Source: Actinomycetota bacterium | Lineage (GTDB): Bacteria > Actinomycetota > Acidimicrobiia > IMCC26256 > VFJJ01 | Reading direction: 5' to 3' | Length of the DNA stretch: 42,386 bases | Assembly: GCA_009886115.1 (NCBI GenBank) | Contig: VFJJ01000060.1 | Coordinates: 1-42,386 of the forward strand | The notes under the pieces: generated by a model | Databases searched by the model: none | Told to the model about the DNA's origin: nothing | The model's input: the letters and a program-made list of their open reading frames with translations, nothing else | Shown: positions 1 to 9,291 of the stretch, one piece after another | How the letters are laid out: every line of letters starts with the position of its first letter | Position numbering within the stretch: position 1 is the first letter of the stretch | Position numbers and translations under genes: made by a program

Positions 1-164
1 ACGACCCGGCCGGCCACGACCACGCGTCCGGCGTCGACGACCACGACCCGGCCGGCCACGACGACTCGGCCGACGTTCAACGATGACGACGACGGGCCGA
101 CCACCACGACCCGGCCGGCCACGACCACGCGTCCGGCGTCGACGACCACGACCCGGCCGGCCAC
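1..164 (+). repeat. Intragenic direct repeat, 59 bp identical at 1-59 and 106-164 (TTRPATTTRPASTTTTRPA)
   Basis: Direct comparison of the two segments; period 105 bp, in frame. Confidence 0.9.
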
Positions 165-804
165 CACGACGACCCAGGCGGCCACGACCACGCGTCCGGC
201 GTCCACGACGAGCGTTTCTGCGGGGACGACCCTCGGGTCGCAGACACCGCCGACACCGCCGACGTTCCCGACCACGACGAGCTCGGGCCCGGCGGGATCG
301 ACGGGATCGACGGAGCCCACCGTGATCACGGAACCCACCGAGACCACGGAACCCCATGAGAGCACCACCTCCATGGAGGTGCAGTCTTCGACCGCCCCTG
401 CGGGGGAGCCGTCGACCACTGCAGCTTCCGCCACGTCGACATCCGCCCCGATCCCTCCCGAGTCCGAGATCGTCGAGACGGACGGCTTCGGGGATGGCGG
501 CACCGGGTCGATCACCGGGCAGGCGGCTGTGGGGAGCGTGGTGGTCGTGACCTCGCCAGCCGGCACCTCCGTGACCGTCATCCCGAATGGCGATGGGGCC
601 TTCGCCGTGCCCGGGCTCAGCCCCGGTCCCTACGAGGTGACTGTCGATGGGGTCACGACGGTCCAGACCCCCACAGGGCTGGCGTTCACCGGTTCAGACA
701 CCCCGAAGCAAGTGATGCTCGGCATCGCCTGCGTGGTGCTCGGTGCACTGATGCTGCTGCGCGGCAATGACCGCCGATCTGTTCGAGGAGACCGGTCCAG
801 CTGA
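1..804 (+). CDS. 5'-truncated Thr/Pro-rich (mucin-like) cell-surface protein with C-terminal sortase sorting signal (LAFTG)
   Basis: Frame +1 is open from base 1 (TTRPATTTRPASTTTT...) into ORF 322..804. It ends in a small beta-domain, LAFTG, a hydrophobic helix (VMLGIACVVLGALMLL) and a basic tail, the LAXTG class E sortase substrate pattern. Confidence 0.8.
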   Translation, partial: TTRPATTTRPASTTTTRPATTTRPTFNDDDDGPTTTTRPATTTRPASTTTTRPATTTTQAATTTRPASTTSVSAGTTLGSQTPPTPPTFPTTTSSGPAGSTGSTEPTVITEPTETTEPHESTTSMEVQSSTAPAGEPSTTAASATSTSAPIPPESEIVETDGFGDGGTGSITGQAAVGSVVVVTSPAGTSVTVIPNGDGAFAVPGLSPGPYEVTVDGVTTVQTPTGLAFTGSDTPKQVMLGIACVVLGALMLLRGNDRRSVRGDRSS

Positions 805-856
805 GCCGGCAGGCGTCGATGGTCTGACCGCCGCTTGACCGGAGGGTTGACGACAC

Positions 857-887
857 CGCGGAGCGCCCGGCGCACGGGCGTTCCGCG
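857..887. terminator. GC-rich hairpin downstream of the surface protein gene (probable intrinsic terminator without U-tract)
   Basis: CGCGGAGCGCCCG-gcgca-CGGGCGTTCCGCG, 13-bp stem with one G-U pair, about 50 nt after the stop, in a convergent intergenic region. Confidence 0.55.
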
Positions 888-940
888 CCGTCGCGTCGCC
901 GTGAAGTCACCCCCGGGTCACTCAGCAACCCGAGGACGCC

Positions 941-982
941 AGTGCCCAGGACCACGAGTGCCCAGGACCACGAGTGCCCAGG
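941..982. repeat. 16-bp tandem repeat AGTGCCCAGGACCACG x2.6
   Basis: Copies at 941-956 and 957-972, partial copy at 973-982; degenerate similar units flank it. Confidence 0.85.
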
Positions 983-1196
983 TGACCTCGCAACCCCGGG
1001 GTCTCGAGCAGCCCGACGTGAGCCCAGGTGCGGGTGGGTCCGGACCGCGGCACCCGACGGGAACCTCACGACCCGGGACCCCGCGCCCAGCAACGCGTGG
1101 GCGTGCACCCCGACGGTTCGGGCAGAGGCGAGGCAGAAGGGGCCGGCGACCTCTCGAGCATCCCGGTCGAGCCGTCAGCCGATCGCTGATCGAGCG

Positions 1197-1913
1197 CTAC
1201 AACAGACCAAAGCTCCCCAGGGGCCACACGCGGATGAAGGCGCGCCCGACGAAGAGCTCGCCGTCGACCGGTCCGAACTCGGTGGAGTCCTTCGAGTTCA
1301 ACCGGTTGTCGCCCAGCATGTAGAAGTGGTCGTGGGTGATCTGGTTCTGGGCGTCGACCCGACCGTCGAGCGACGTCTGCAGGCTCGCCACGATCCGCTG
1401 GCCATCGACCTCCAGCGTCGTGGAATCGATCTCCACGATCACGTCACCCGCTTCGGGCACGTAGTACGGGCCGAACGTCTTCGAGACGACGGTGGCTTCA
1501 AGGTACGGCTCGACGAGCAGCTGTCCGTTGATGTACACGTGGCCGTCTCGCCCTTCGACGACGTCGCCCGGCAGCCCGATGAGCCGCTTGATGAGATCCT
1601 TGATCTCGCTCGTCGCCTGCCCGACCGGGGCCTCGAACACCACGATGTCGCCCCGCTCGGGATCGCCGAACTCGTACGACAGCTTGTTCACGAGCACCCG
1701 GTCCTGCACCTTGAGGGTGGGCACCATCGACTCCGACGGGATGAAGAACGCCTGTACCACGAAAGCCTTGACGATCAGGGCGATCGCCACGGCCACGCCG
1801 ATGAGGATGATCAGCTCGAGCCCCTGCCGGGCGGCTCGTCGTGACGGGCCCTCGGAATCGGGCGCAACGTCGGCGCCGAGCTCTGCCGGTGCGTCCCCCC
1901 CCGTGTCGGTCAT
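1197..1913 (-). CDS. lepB: Signal peptidase I
   Basis: One TM segment, then FFIPSESMVPTL (catalytic Ser), DRVLVNK, LIKRLIGLPGD (catalytic Lys) and GDNRLNSKDS. Start placed at ATG 1913 (MTDTGG) rather than 2060. Confidence 0.93.
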   Translation of the reverse strand: MTDTGGDAPAELGADVAPDSEGPSRRAARQGLELIILIGVAVAIALIVKAFVVQAFFIPSESMVPTLKVQDRVLVNKLSYEFGDPERGDIVVFEAPVGQATSEIKDLIKRLIGLPGDVVEGRDGHVYINGQLLVEPYLEATVVSKTFGPYYVPEAGDVIVEIDSTTLEVDGQRIVASLQTSLDGRVDAQNQITHDHFYMLGDNRLNSKDSTEFGPVDGELFVGRAFIRVWPLGSFGLL

Positions 1914-2146
1914 GCCGGCGGGAACGTCGTACCACGGCGCGGTGGCGTCGACCGGGGGCCCGGGGCGGACATCGACCCTGAGACCCGCGACCTTGCTCAG
2001 CCCATCGTCAGTCGGATCATGGCCAACTTGGCGACTCTCGCCGTCCTCGCTCGACTTCACGGATCATCCTGACAAGGTCGGGAGCAGCGATCGTGCCTGC
2101 ACCTGGGTATCGAGCGTGGACCGGCCAGCCTTGAGCAAGCGGCTCA

Positions 2147-3103
2147 TCACGTCGTCTCCTCGACACCGTAGCGGGCGAGGACCCTCGCGGCGGCGGCACG
2201 AGCGATGCCGATCATCTCATCGGGAGCCACGATCTCGGATCGGGGTCCGAGCCGCAGTGCCAGGCGCTCGAACCAGGCCTGACCGCTGACCGCCAGCACG
2301 ACTCGGATCCGACCGTCGGCCACGACATCGGTCTCGAGCACCGGGTAGGACTCCACGACCCAGCGATCGTCTTCAGCGAGGAGCATCTCGACTCGGGGAT
2401 CGTCGGCCCCGGCCCGGAACGTGTCGGCCGCGGGGACGACATCGGGCGCCGGGAACGTGCCCCCCGTGGAATGGACGCTGCGGATACGGTCGACGCGAAA
2501 CAGCCGCTCGTCGCCGGCTTGGTGGCACCAGGCCGCCAGGTACCACTCGCCGCCGGCGCTGTGCACCGCCCACGGATCGACGACGCGGACCGTCTCGACG
2601 TCGCGTCCGAAGCTGTAGTAGCCGATCTCGAGCTGACGACGTGCGGCCACGGCCTCCTGCAGGGTGCTGATCGTGTCGTCGCTCTGACCGATCGTCCCCA
2701 TCTCGACCGTGAGGCCCTCGACGGGGCCCAGCACCCGGGCCAGCTTCGCCAGCGCGTCGACCAGCGGCCCCTCGGCGTCGGAGCCTGGCACGGCCAGGAG
2801 CGCCCGACCGGCCGCCAGGATGGCGAAGCCCTCGGCCGCGGTGAACCGCAAGGGACGGTCGAGGTACTCGGCCATCCTGATCCGCACCCTGTCGTCGACC
2901 AGATCGACCTCGATGAGCCGATCGGGCGTGTAGGGAGGCAGCCCGCACATCGGGAGGATCTCGAGATCGCGTTCGATCTCGCGCTCGGGAATCCCGAAGC
3001 GTCGGGCCAGGTCGCCAATGGTCACACCGGGATGGGCGAGGATCCACGGCACCACGGCCAACATGCGCCGGAGCCGTTCGGAGGCGTTCGGACGGGCGGC
3101 CAT
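2147..3103 (-). CDS. pafC: Proteasome accessory factor C (HTH-WYL-WCX transcriptional regulator)
   Basis: N-terminal HTH (LARRFGIPEREIERDLEILPMCGLPPY) and WYL domain (VDPWAV...WYLAAWC...RLFRVDRI). ATG 3103 overlaps the pafB stop (TGATG). Confidence 0.9.
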   Translation of the reverse strand: MAARPNASERLRRMLAVVPWILAHPGVTIGDLARRFGIPEREIERDLEILPMCGLPPYTPDRLIEVDLVDDRVRIRMAEYLDRPLRFTAAEGFAILAAGRALLAVPGSDAEGPLVDALAKLARVLGPVEGLTVEMGTIGQSDDTISTLQEAVAARRQLEIGYYSFGRDVETVRVVDPWAVHSAGGEWYLAAWCHQAGDERLFRVDRIRSVHSTGGTFPAPDVVPAADTFRAGADDPRVEMLLAEDDRWVVESYPVLETDVVADGRIRVVLAVSGQAWFERLALRLGPRSEIVAPDEMIGIARAAAARVLARYGVEETT

Positions 3104-4044
3104 CAGGCCGGGCTCCCTGGGCCGGCGCAACGGATGCGGAGCCACTCCACCAGGTCGTCGCGCAGCTCATCGGGAGACAGCACCTCGGCCCGGTCGAGGA
3201 AGCCGAGCACGAAGCTCCGGAACGCCTCGCGGTTGGTGACCGCCAGGCGCACCACGACACCGTCGGCGCGGCGCTCGACGACGGCCTCCTCGCCCAACTG
3301 GGCCACGATGCTCTGTGCGTGGGTGTCGTCGATCAGCACCAGAGCCTCGATCGCCGCATCGCCGCCGAAGCTCCACGGCTGGTCGCGCAGGGCGGTCTGC
3401 GGGTCGAAATCGGCGGGGCGCTCGAAACGCCCGGGCGGTCCGACATCGACGGCGCCTTCGACGCGGTCGGCCCGGAACGATCGTTGAGCCCCGCGCACCT
3501 GGTCGAAACCGATCGCGTACCAGTGCCCTCGCCGGAACACGATGGCCCAGGGCTCGACCCGCCGATCCTCGTTCCTGTACCGGAACGACGCCACGGCCCG
3601 AAGTCGGTACGCCTCGAACAGACGGGGCAACGCCGCGACCGTCGGCAGCGCCGCGAGCCTCGGGGTGCCGGTGTCACCGCCGCCACCGAGCTTCCAGAGC
3701 GCCTCGCGTCCTTGTCCCTCCTGGATGTGCACGGCCGTCACCGCTGCCGCGAGCGCCGTTCGCTCGTCGGCCGTGAGCTCGAGATCGGGGAGGTAGTACT
3801 CGCCGGGCAGGATCCGGTAGGCGACATCGCCGGTTCCGCCGAGGTGATCGGTCACCGCCAGGGTGATCGGCACGCCGAGCTCGCGCAGCGTCTCCTTGTC
3901 ACGCTCGAACTGCCGACGTCGCGACTCGAGCGCCTCGGGGTAGCCGGGCACCCGTTCGGTCACCTCGTCGAGCGTGAGCGGTCGACGGGTCGCGAGCATG
4001 ACCGCGACCAGGTTCGTGAGACGTTCGAAGCGGTCGATGGTCAT
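3103..4044 (-). CDS. pafB: Proteasome accessory factor B (HTH-WYL-WCX transcriptional regulator)
   Basis: ERLTNLV...RRQFERDKETLRELGVP N-terminus and WYL domain (VEPWAIV..RGHWYAIGFD..RSFRADRV); directly downstream of pafA. Confidence 0.9.
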   Translation of the reverse strand: MTIDRFERLTNLVAVMLATRRPLTLDEVTERVPGYPEALESRRRQFERDKETLRELGVPITLAVTDHLGGTGDVAYRILPGEYYLPDLELTADERTALAAAVTAVHIQEGQGREALWKLGGGGDTGTPRLAALPTVAALPRLFEAYRLRAVASFRYRNEDRRVEPWAIVFRRGHWYAIGFDQVRGAQRSFRADRVEGAVDVGPPGRFERPADFDPQTALRDQPWSFGGDAAIEALVLIDDTHAQSIVAQLGEEAVVERRADGVVVRLAVTNREAFRSFVLGFLDRAEVLSPDELRDDLVEWLRIRCAGPGSPA

Positions 4045-4065
4045 CGGATCAGGCAGCGACCGAGC

Positions 4066-5424
4066 TCAGAGCGACGCGATCAGGCGTTCGACCCGCTCGT
4101 CCTGGAACTTGAAGGGGTCCTTGCACAGCAGCGTCCGCTGGGCCTGGTCGTTGAGCTTGAGGTGCACCCAGTCGACCGTGTAGTCGCGCTTCTTCGCCTT
4201 CGCCTTCTTGATGAACTCGCCTCGGAGCTTGGCCCGGGTCGTCTGCGGCGGGTTGTAGACGGCGTCCTCGATCGCCTCGTCGGTGGTGATCCGCTCGACC
4301 ACGCCCTTGCGCTCGAGCAGGTAGTACAGCGAGCGGTTGCGATCGATGTCGTGGTAGGCCAGATCGAGGAGCGCGACCTTGGGATGCGTGAGCGCCAGGC
4401 CGTGCTTGGCCCGGTACTGCTCGATGAGGTGGTACTTGATGACCCAGTCGATCTCCCGACCCATCTCGAGCGGGTCGGTCTCGAGCGCGGTCATCGCCCG
4501 CTCCCACATGGCCAACGCCCGGGTCTCGTGCTCACCGAGGCCCTTGCGGTCGGCAAACTTCTTGGCCCGCTCGAGGTACTCGGACTGGATCTCGAAACCC
4601 GAGAGCTCACGCCCGTTGGCCAGTCGCACCTTGCGCTTGCAGGTCATGTCGTGACTGATCTCGCGAATGGCCCGGATCGAGTTCTCGAGGGTCATGTCGC
4701 GCCACGATCCCTTCGACTCCTCGAGCATCCGGAGGACGATCGACGTGGCGCCGAGCTTGAGGAAGGTCGTGTGCTCGCTCATGTTGGAGTCGCCGACGAT
4801 CACGTGCAACCGGCGGTACCGCTCGGCATCGGCGTGCGGCTCGTCGCGGGTGTTGATGATCGGGCGGCTCCTGGTGGTCGCCGACGAGACGCCCTCCCAG
4901 ATGTGCTCGGCCCGCTGGCTCACCGAGTACAACGCGCCGCGGGCCGTCTGCAACAGCTTGCCCGCGCCGGCGTAGATCTGGCGCGACACGAAGAAGGGGA
5001 TGAGCACGTCGGTGAATTTCGTGAAGTCGCCGTCGCGCTCGACGAGATAGTTCTCGTGGCAACCGTACGAGTTCCCGGCCGAATCGGTGTTGTTCTTGAA
5101 CAGGTAGATCTCGCCCCGGATGCCCTCCTCGCGCAGTCGCTGCTCGGCGCTGGCCAGCAACCGTTCGAGGATGCGCTCACCGGCCTTGTCGTGGATCACG
5201 GCGTCGAGCACCGAGTCGCACTCCGGCGTCGCGTACTCGGGATGACTCCCGACATCGAGGTACAGCCGGGCGCCGTTCTCGAGGAACACGTTCGACGATC
5301 TGCCCCACGACACGACCCGGCGGAACAGGTACCGGGCCACCTCGTCGGGGCTCAGCCGCCGCTGACCCCGAAGCGTGCAGGTGACGCCGTACTCGTTCTC
5401 CAGCCCGAAGATCCGTCGTTCCAT
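4066..5424 (-). CDS. pafA: Pup--protein ligase
   Basis: [13 protein letters not shown] start, [55 protein letters not shown]. Confidence 0.97.
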   Translation of the reverse strand: MERRIFGLENEYGVTCTLRGQRRLSPDEVARYLFRRVVSWGRSSNVFLENGARLYLDVGSHPEYATPECDSVLDAVIHDKAGERILERLLASAEQRLREEGIRGEIYLFKNNTDSAGNSYGCHENYLVERDGDFTKFTDVLIPFFVSRQIYAGAGKLLQTARGALYSVSQRAEHIWEGVSSATTRSRPIINTRDEPHADAERYRRLHVIVGDSNMSEHTTFLKLGATSIVLRMLEESKGSWRDMTLENSIRAIREISHDMTCKRKVRLANGRELSGFEIQSEYLERAKKFADRKGLGEHETRALAMWERAMTALETDPLEMGREIDWVIKYHLIEQYRAKHGLALTHPKVALLDLAYHDIDRNRSLYYLLERKGVVERITTDEAIEDAVYNPPQTTRAKLRGEFIKKAKAKKRDYTVDWVHLKLNDQAQRTLLCKDPFKFQDERVERLIASL

Positions 5425-5434
5425 GGTGGCGAGG

Positions 5435-5440
5435 AGTGTA
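5435..5440 (-). promoter_or_regulatory. Putative -10 box TACACT of pafA (near-leaderless)
   Basis: TAnnnT hexamer 10 nt upstream of the pafA ATG; no SD sequence in between. Confidence 0.5.
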
Positions 5441-5587
5441 AGCCCTCCCCGCGCTCTGCGTCTGGACCCGATGCATCCGTCCGGCCAGGTCACATTCGGT
5501 GCTGCCGCCGGTCGAGCCTGGTCGGTCCTTCGACGTGGGATCGGGAGGATCCAACGGCACGTGCTCGCTGATCTCCTGGCTTCGGCT

Positions 5588-5726
5588 TCAGACGTCGTCG
5601 GCCAGGAGCTCTCCGAGGCGACGGTCGAAGAGCCCGTTCGTAGGCCACGCTCGCCTCGTTGATCAGGCCCTCTCGACGCAGCAGGTCGGCTCGGGCGGAG
5701 TGGTACTCGGCCAGGGCTACCGCTGA
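5588..5726 (-). pseudogene. Decayed remnant of the C-terminal TPR region of an ECF42-type (DUF6596) sigma factor
   Basis: Minus strand reads [32 protein letters not shown], then after a frameshift [17 protein letters not shown]. This resembles the AVAVA...[20 protein letters not shown]...FL.RRLAEL terminus as I recall it; no start codon or sigma domains. Confidence 0.6.
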
Positions 5727-5788
5727 GCTTCGGTGTGGACGCGATCGGCCAGCGATGCCGACGATCAGGGTGGGCCCAACTGCCGCGA

Positions 5789-6475
5789 TCAGCCTGCGAG
5801 CAGCTCGGCGACCTCGGCGACGGGGAGGCGGCGGAACGTGCGACGACCGCTGCCTCGGTCGAGGACGGCCACCTCGAGCTGGGTGGCCTCGAGCGTCCGG
5901 TCGTCGGGCTTGCCCAGCGCCGAGGCCCCCAGGCGGACCGCTTCCCCGCGGCTCAGGCCCTCGCTGAATTGGCCTTCGAGCGCGTCGCCGATCGCTTCGG
6001 CGTTGCCGCCCAGCACCGAGTACCCGTGCTCGTCCATGACCGTGCCGTCGTAGAGGATGTGGAACAGACGGTTGGGATCGAGAGCGGTGACACCCACCGA
6101 GGCGACGAGGATCTCGACCTCGTAGGGCTTCATCTCGTGCGTGAAGATCTGCCCCAAGAGCTGGGCGTACGAGTTGGCCAGCGAACGGGCGTTCACGTCG
6201 TCGCGTGAGTACTGGTAGCCGGTGACGTCGGCGTGGCGGATGCCGGAGATCTTCAGCTGCTCGAACTCGTTGTAGCGCCCGACACCGGCGAAGGCGATCC
6301 GGTCGTAGATCTCGGCGATCTTGTTGAGCGACGAGGACGGGTTCTCAGCCACCAGGGCCACCCCGTCGAGGTATTCGAGCCCCACGAGGGCCCGGCCCCG
6401 GGCGATGCCCTTGCGGGCGTAGTCGGCGCGGTCTTTCATCACCTGTTCGGGTGACATGTAGTACGGCATGCTCAT
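5789..6475 (-). CDS. prcA: 20S proteasome alpha subunit
   Basis: [57 protein letters not shown] overlap with prcB. Confidence 0.97.
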   Translation of the reverse strand: MSMPYYMSPEQVMKDRADYARKGIARGRALVGLEYLDGVALVAENPSSSLNKIAEIYDRIAFAGVGRYNEFEQLKISGIRHADVTGYQYSRDDVNARSLANSYAQLLGQIFTHEMKPYEVEILVASVGVTALDPNRLFHILYDGTVMDEHGYSVLGGNAEAIGDALEGQFSEGLSRGEAVRLGASALGKPDDRTLEATQLEVAVLDRGSGRRTFRRLPVAEVAELLAG

Positions 6476-7371
6476 CGGGGCACCTCTGTCGTGACCCCGG
6501 CGCCATCAGGCGCGCGACTGGGCTCGGTCTCGGCCTGCACCCGGCGGGGGCCACCCAAGGCCGGAGTGTCGACCAGCCGTGAGGCCCGCTCGGCCAGTTC
6601 TTCCTCGGGGACCGTCGCGATGCCGTCAGCGGTGACGATGACGACCGACGGATAGATCCGCCGGATCAGATCGGGGCCACCAGTGGCTGAGTCTTCGTCG
6701 GCCGCTTGGAACAGGGAGGCGAGCGACAGATCGATCACGGCGTCACGGTCGAGCTCAGCGCGCCAGAAGGCCTTGATCCAGTTGCGCGCGTGGACGCCGC
6801 CCGAACCCGTGGTCGCGTAGTCGGCTTCTTCGTAGCGACCCCCGGTGATGTCGTAGCGGAACACCCGTCCCCGCTCCTGACGCCGGTCGTACCCGCAGAA
6901 CAAGGGAACGACCACCAGCCCTTGGAAGGCGGCCGGCAGGTTGGCTCGGATCATCTGCGAGAGCTTGTTGGCTTTGCCCTCGAGCGACAGCGGCCCACCA
7001 GACACCTTCTCGTAGTGCTCGAGCTCGGTGGCGAACAACCGCACCATTTCCATGGCCGGGCCAGCAGCTCCAGCGATGCCGACCACCGAGTGGGCATCGG
7101 CGGGGAACACCTTGTCCATCGCTCTGCTGGCGATGGTGTGACCCTCGGTGGCGCGACGGTCCCCGGCCATGAGCACACCATCCCTGCACCGTATGGTGAC
7201 GATGGTCGTGCCGTGAGGTATCCCCAGCGGCGAGTGGGGAGTCGCGTCACCTCCGGCGGTCGGCAACGCACTTCCGGGAAGGAGGTGCGGCGTGCGACGG
7301 CGGAGCAGGTCGGAGAAGGATGCGCCGGGATCGTCACCAGCGCCGAAGACGGGAAGCGGGAGGTCGGTCAT
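6472..7371 (-). CDS. prcB: 20S proteasome beta subunit with propeptide
   Basis: Propeptide then HG|TT autocleavage site (catalytic Thr1), GDRRATEG, ELEHYEK, SLEGKAN, GSGG, AADEDSATGG. Start at ATG 7371. Confidence 0.96.
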   Translation of the reverse strand: MTDLPLPVFGAGDDPGASFSDLLRRRTPHLLPGSALPTAGGDATPHSPLGIPHGTTIVTIRCRDGVLMAGDRRATEGHTIASRAMDKVFPADAHSVVGIAGAAGPAMEMVRLFATELEHYEKVSGGPLSLEGKANKLSQMIRANLPAAFQGLVVVPLFCGYDRRQERGRVFRYDITGGRYEEADYATTGSGGVHARNWIKAFWRAELDRDAVIDLSLASLFQAADEDSATGGPDLIRRIYPSVVIVTADGIATVPEEELAERASRLVDTPALGGPRRVQAETEPSRAPDGAGVTTEVPR

Positions 7372-7467
7372 CGTCGGAGGAGCGTAGTCGAGCGAGCACC
7401 ACCCGACGTCGGCCCGAGGATCGACGCTCATCGACGTCGGCGCACCGTGGGTCTCGGGGACCGCCGA

Positions 7468-7668
7468 CTACTGGCCGCCCTTTTGGATGTAGTTGCGGAC
7501 GAACTCTTCGGCGTTCTCCTCGAGCACCGAGTCGATCTCGTCGAGCAGGTCGTCGAGCTCTTCCTTGATCTTCTCGCCCTGCTTCGGGGGCGCGGCGACC
7601 TCGGCGCTCTCGGTGACGTCGTCGTCACGCTTCGAAGTGGGTTTGGCCTTGCGCTCTTGTGCAGCCAT
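7468..7668 (-). CDS. pup: Prokaryotic ubiquitin-like protein Pup (GGQ type)
   Basis: 66 aa ending DDLLDEIDSVLEENAEEFVRNYIQKGGQ; SD GGAGG 4 nt before ATG 7668; between dop and prcB. Confidence 0.97.
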   Translation of the reverse strand: MAAQERKAKPTSKRDDDVTESAEVAAPPKQGEKIKEELDDLLDEIDSVLEENAEEFVRNYIQKGGQ

Positions 7669-7770
7669 CGTGCCTCCGACCATAACACGGGCCCCGACGC
7701 GGCAATGACGTTCTGGTGACCGTGTCGGCCGCCGATCGCCCGAGTTGCGCGCGGCCGTGCCGCCCTGCCG

Positions 7771-9282
7771 TCAGCCGGTGAGCCGGGCGATCAGCTCGGC
7801 CGGCGTGCGACACCCCTCGAAGAGCGGTCCGACGTGGGCCCTGGTGCCCCGTAGCGGTTCCATCATCGGGATGCGTTGCAACGGGTCGGAGCCCACGTCG
7901 AGGATCAGGCTGTCCCAGTTGGCGGCCACGACGGCCTCGGGCCAGCGGATGAGGCACTGCCCGCGGAAGTACGCCCGCGTCGTCTCGGGCGGCTCGGTGA
8001 CCGCCGTGATCACGTCGGCCTGGTCGACGAGGCGGACGGCTTTGCCCGAACGCACGACCTTGGCGAACAACGACCGCTCGGGTCGGAGGTCGTGGTACTG
8101 GAGATCGATCAGGGCGAGCTTCGGATCGGCCCACGACAGGTTGTCGCGTTCTCTGTAGGCGTCGAGCAGCGACAACTTGGTGACCCAGTCGAGCTGACCG
8201 ACGAGCTTCATGGGATCCGACTCGAGCGTCTCGAGGGTCTGTCCCCACAGCGACATCACCTGGCGCCCGATGGCCTCCGTGCCGCAGGCCTCGATCAGGC
8301 CGTGCTCGTCGGCGTACTTGCCGGCAAGGCGGAAGAACTCCCACTGGATGTCGAGGGCCGTGCACTTGGTCCCGTCGTGGCGCTCGACGAGGTGCTGCAG
8401 CGTCGGATCGTGCGACACGTCGTGGATCTGTCGTACCGGGTTGCGCAGCGACAGATCGGGGGCCGCTGCTCTCCCCGAACGGGTCAGGAAATCATCCTCG
8501 ATCATGCACAGCACGATGGCGGTGGTCCCGACCTTGAGGAAGGTCGTCACCTCGCACATGTTGGCATCACCCACGATCACGTGGAGGCGCCGGTACTTCT
8601 GCGCATCCGCGTGCGGCTCGTCACGGGTGTTGACGATCGGCCGCTTGAGCGTGGTCTCGAGCCCGACCTCCTCCTCGAAGAAGTCGGCTCGCTGACTGAT
8701 CTGGAAGTCGCAGGCGTCTGCCCCGTTCTCGGAGCCCACCTTCCCGGCGCCAGCGAACACCTGCCGGGTCACGAACCAGGGCAGCAGGTGACGCACCAGG
8801 GTCGAGAACGGCACCGCCCGGTCGACGAGGAAGTTCTCGTGCGTGCCGTAGCTGTTGCCCTTGCCGTCGCTGTTGTTCTTGTGGATCAGGATCTCCTGAT
8901 CGGGGTGCATCGAGCGCTTGGCCGCAGCCATCGAGCGCACGAGGATCTCCTCGCCCGCCTTGTCGTAGAGCACGACCTCGAGGGGATTGGAGCACTCGGG
9001 GGCCGAGTACTCGGGGTGGGCATGATCGACGTAGTACCGAGCTCCGTTGGTGAGCACGGCGTTCACCAGATGGCTCTCGATCTCTGGCGGCATCGAGTCG
9101 GCACGGAGGTGGCCCCGGGCATCGCGCCCGGGCGACTCGTCGTCGAAGTCCCAACCCACCCGTCGATGCTCGACGTATGCGTTGATGAGTTGCGATGACG
9201 CGACGACCGGGTTGGGGTCGGAGACGCCACGCACGGAGATACCGAACTCGGTCTCCATGCTGAGAACCTTGGGCAGTGCCAT
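7771..9282 (-). CDS. dop: Depupylase/deamidase Dop
   Basis: [63 protein letters not shown]; directly upstream of pup. Confidence 0.96.
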   Translation of the reverse strand: MALPKVLSMETEFGISVRGVSDPNPVVASSQLINAYVEHRRVGWDFDDESPGRDARGHLRADSMPPEIESHLVNAVLTNGARYYVDHAHPEYSAPECSNPLEVVLYDKAGEEILVRSMAAAKRSMHPDQEILIHKNNSDGKGNSYGTHENFLVDRAVPFSTLVRHLLPWFVTRQVFAGAGKVGSENGADACDFQISQRADFFEEEVGLETTLKRPIVNTRDEPHADAQKYRRLHVIVGDANMCEVTTFLKVGTTAIVLCMIEDDFLTRSGRAAAPDLSLRNPVRQIHDVSHDPTLQHLVERHDGTKCTALDIQWEFFRLAGKYADEHGLIEACGTEAIGRQVMSLWGQTLETLESDPMKLVGQLDWVTKLSLLDAYRERDNLSWADPKLALIDLQYHDLRPERSLFAKVVRSGKAVRLVDQADVITAVTEPPETTRAYFRGQCLIRWPEAVVAANWDSLILDVGSDPLQRIPMMEPLRGTRAHVGPLFEGCRTPAELIARLTG

Positions 9283-9291
9283 GTGCCGGAA

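Noticed and set aside
941..982. Possible mini-CRISPR array
   Set aside because: Units are 16 bp and directly adjacent, with no unique spacers and no cas genes.
2005..2011. Hammerhead ribozyme core CUGACGA on the minus strand
   Set aside because: No downstream GAAA element or compatible three-stem arrangement.
1992..2139. MITE bounded by CTTGCTCA/TGAGCAAG inverted repeats
   Set aside because: Only 8 bp, no target-site duplication seen and no second copy in the window; kept only as a possible RNA pairing.
2147..4044. WYL proteins as regulators of an anti-phage defence island
   Set aside because: Sequence and position after pafA identify them as the PafB/PafC pair; no defence genes are adjacent.
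3319..5571. Long antisense or alternate-frame ORFs (also 7876..9198, the 5' part of 9961..12144, 14348..16093, 17691..20288, 28535..32095, the 5' part of 33296..36148)
   Set aside because: They are shadows of recognisable genes on the other strand, expected in high-GC DNA, and show no motifs except where they run into a real gene.
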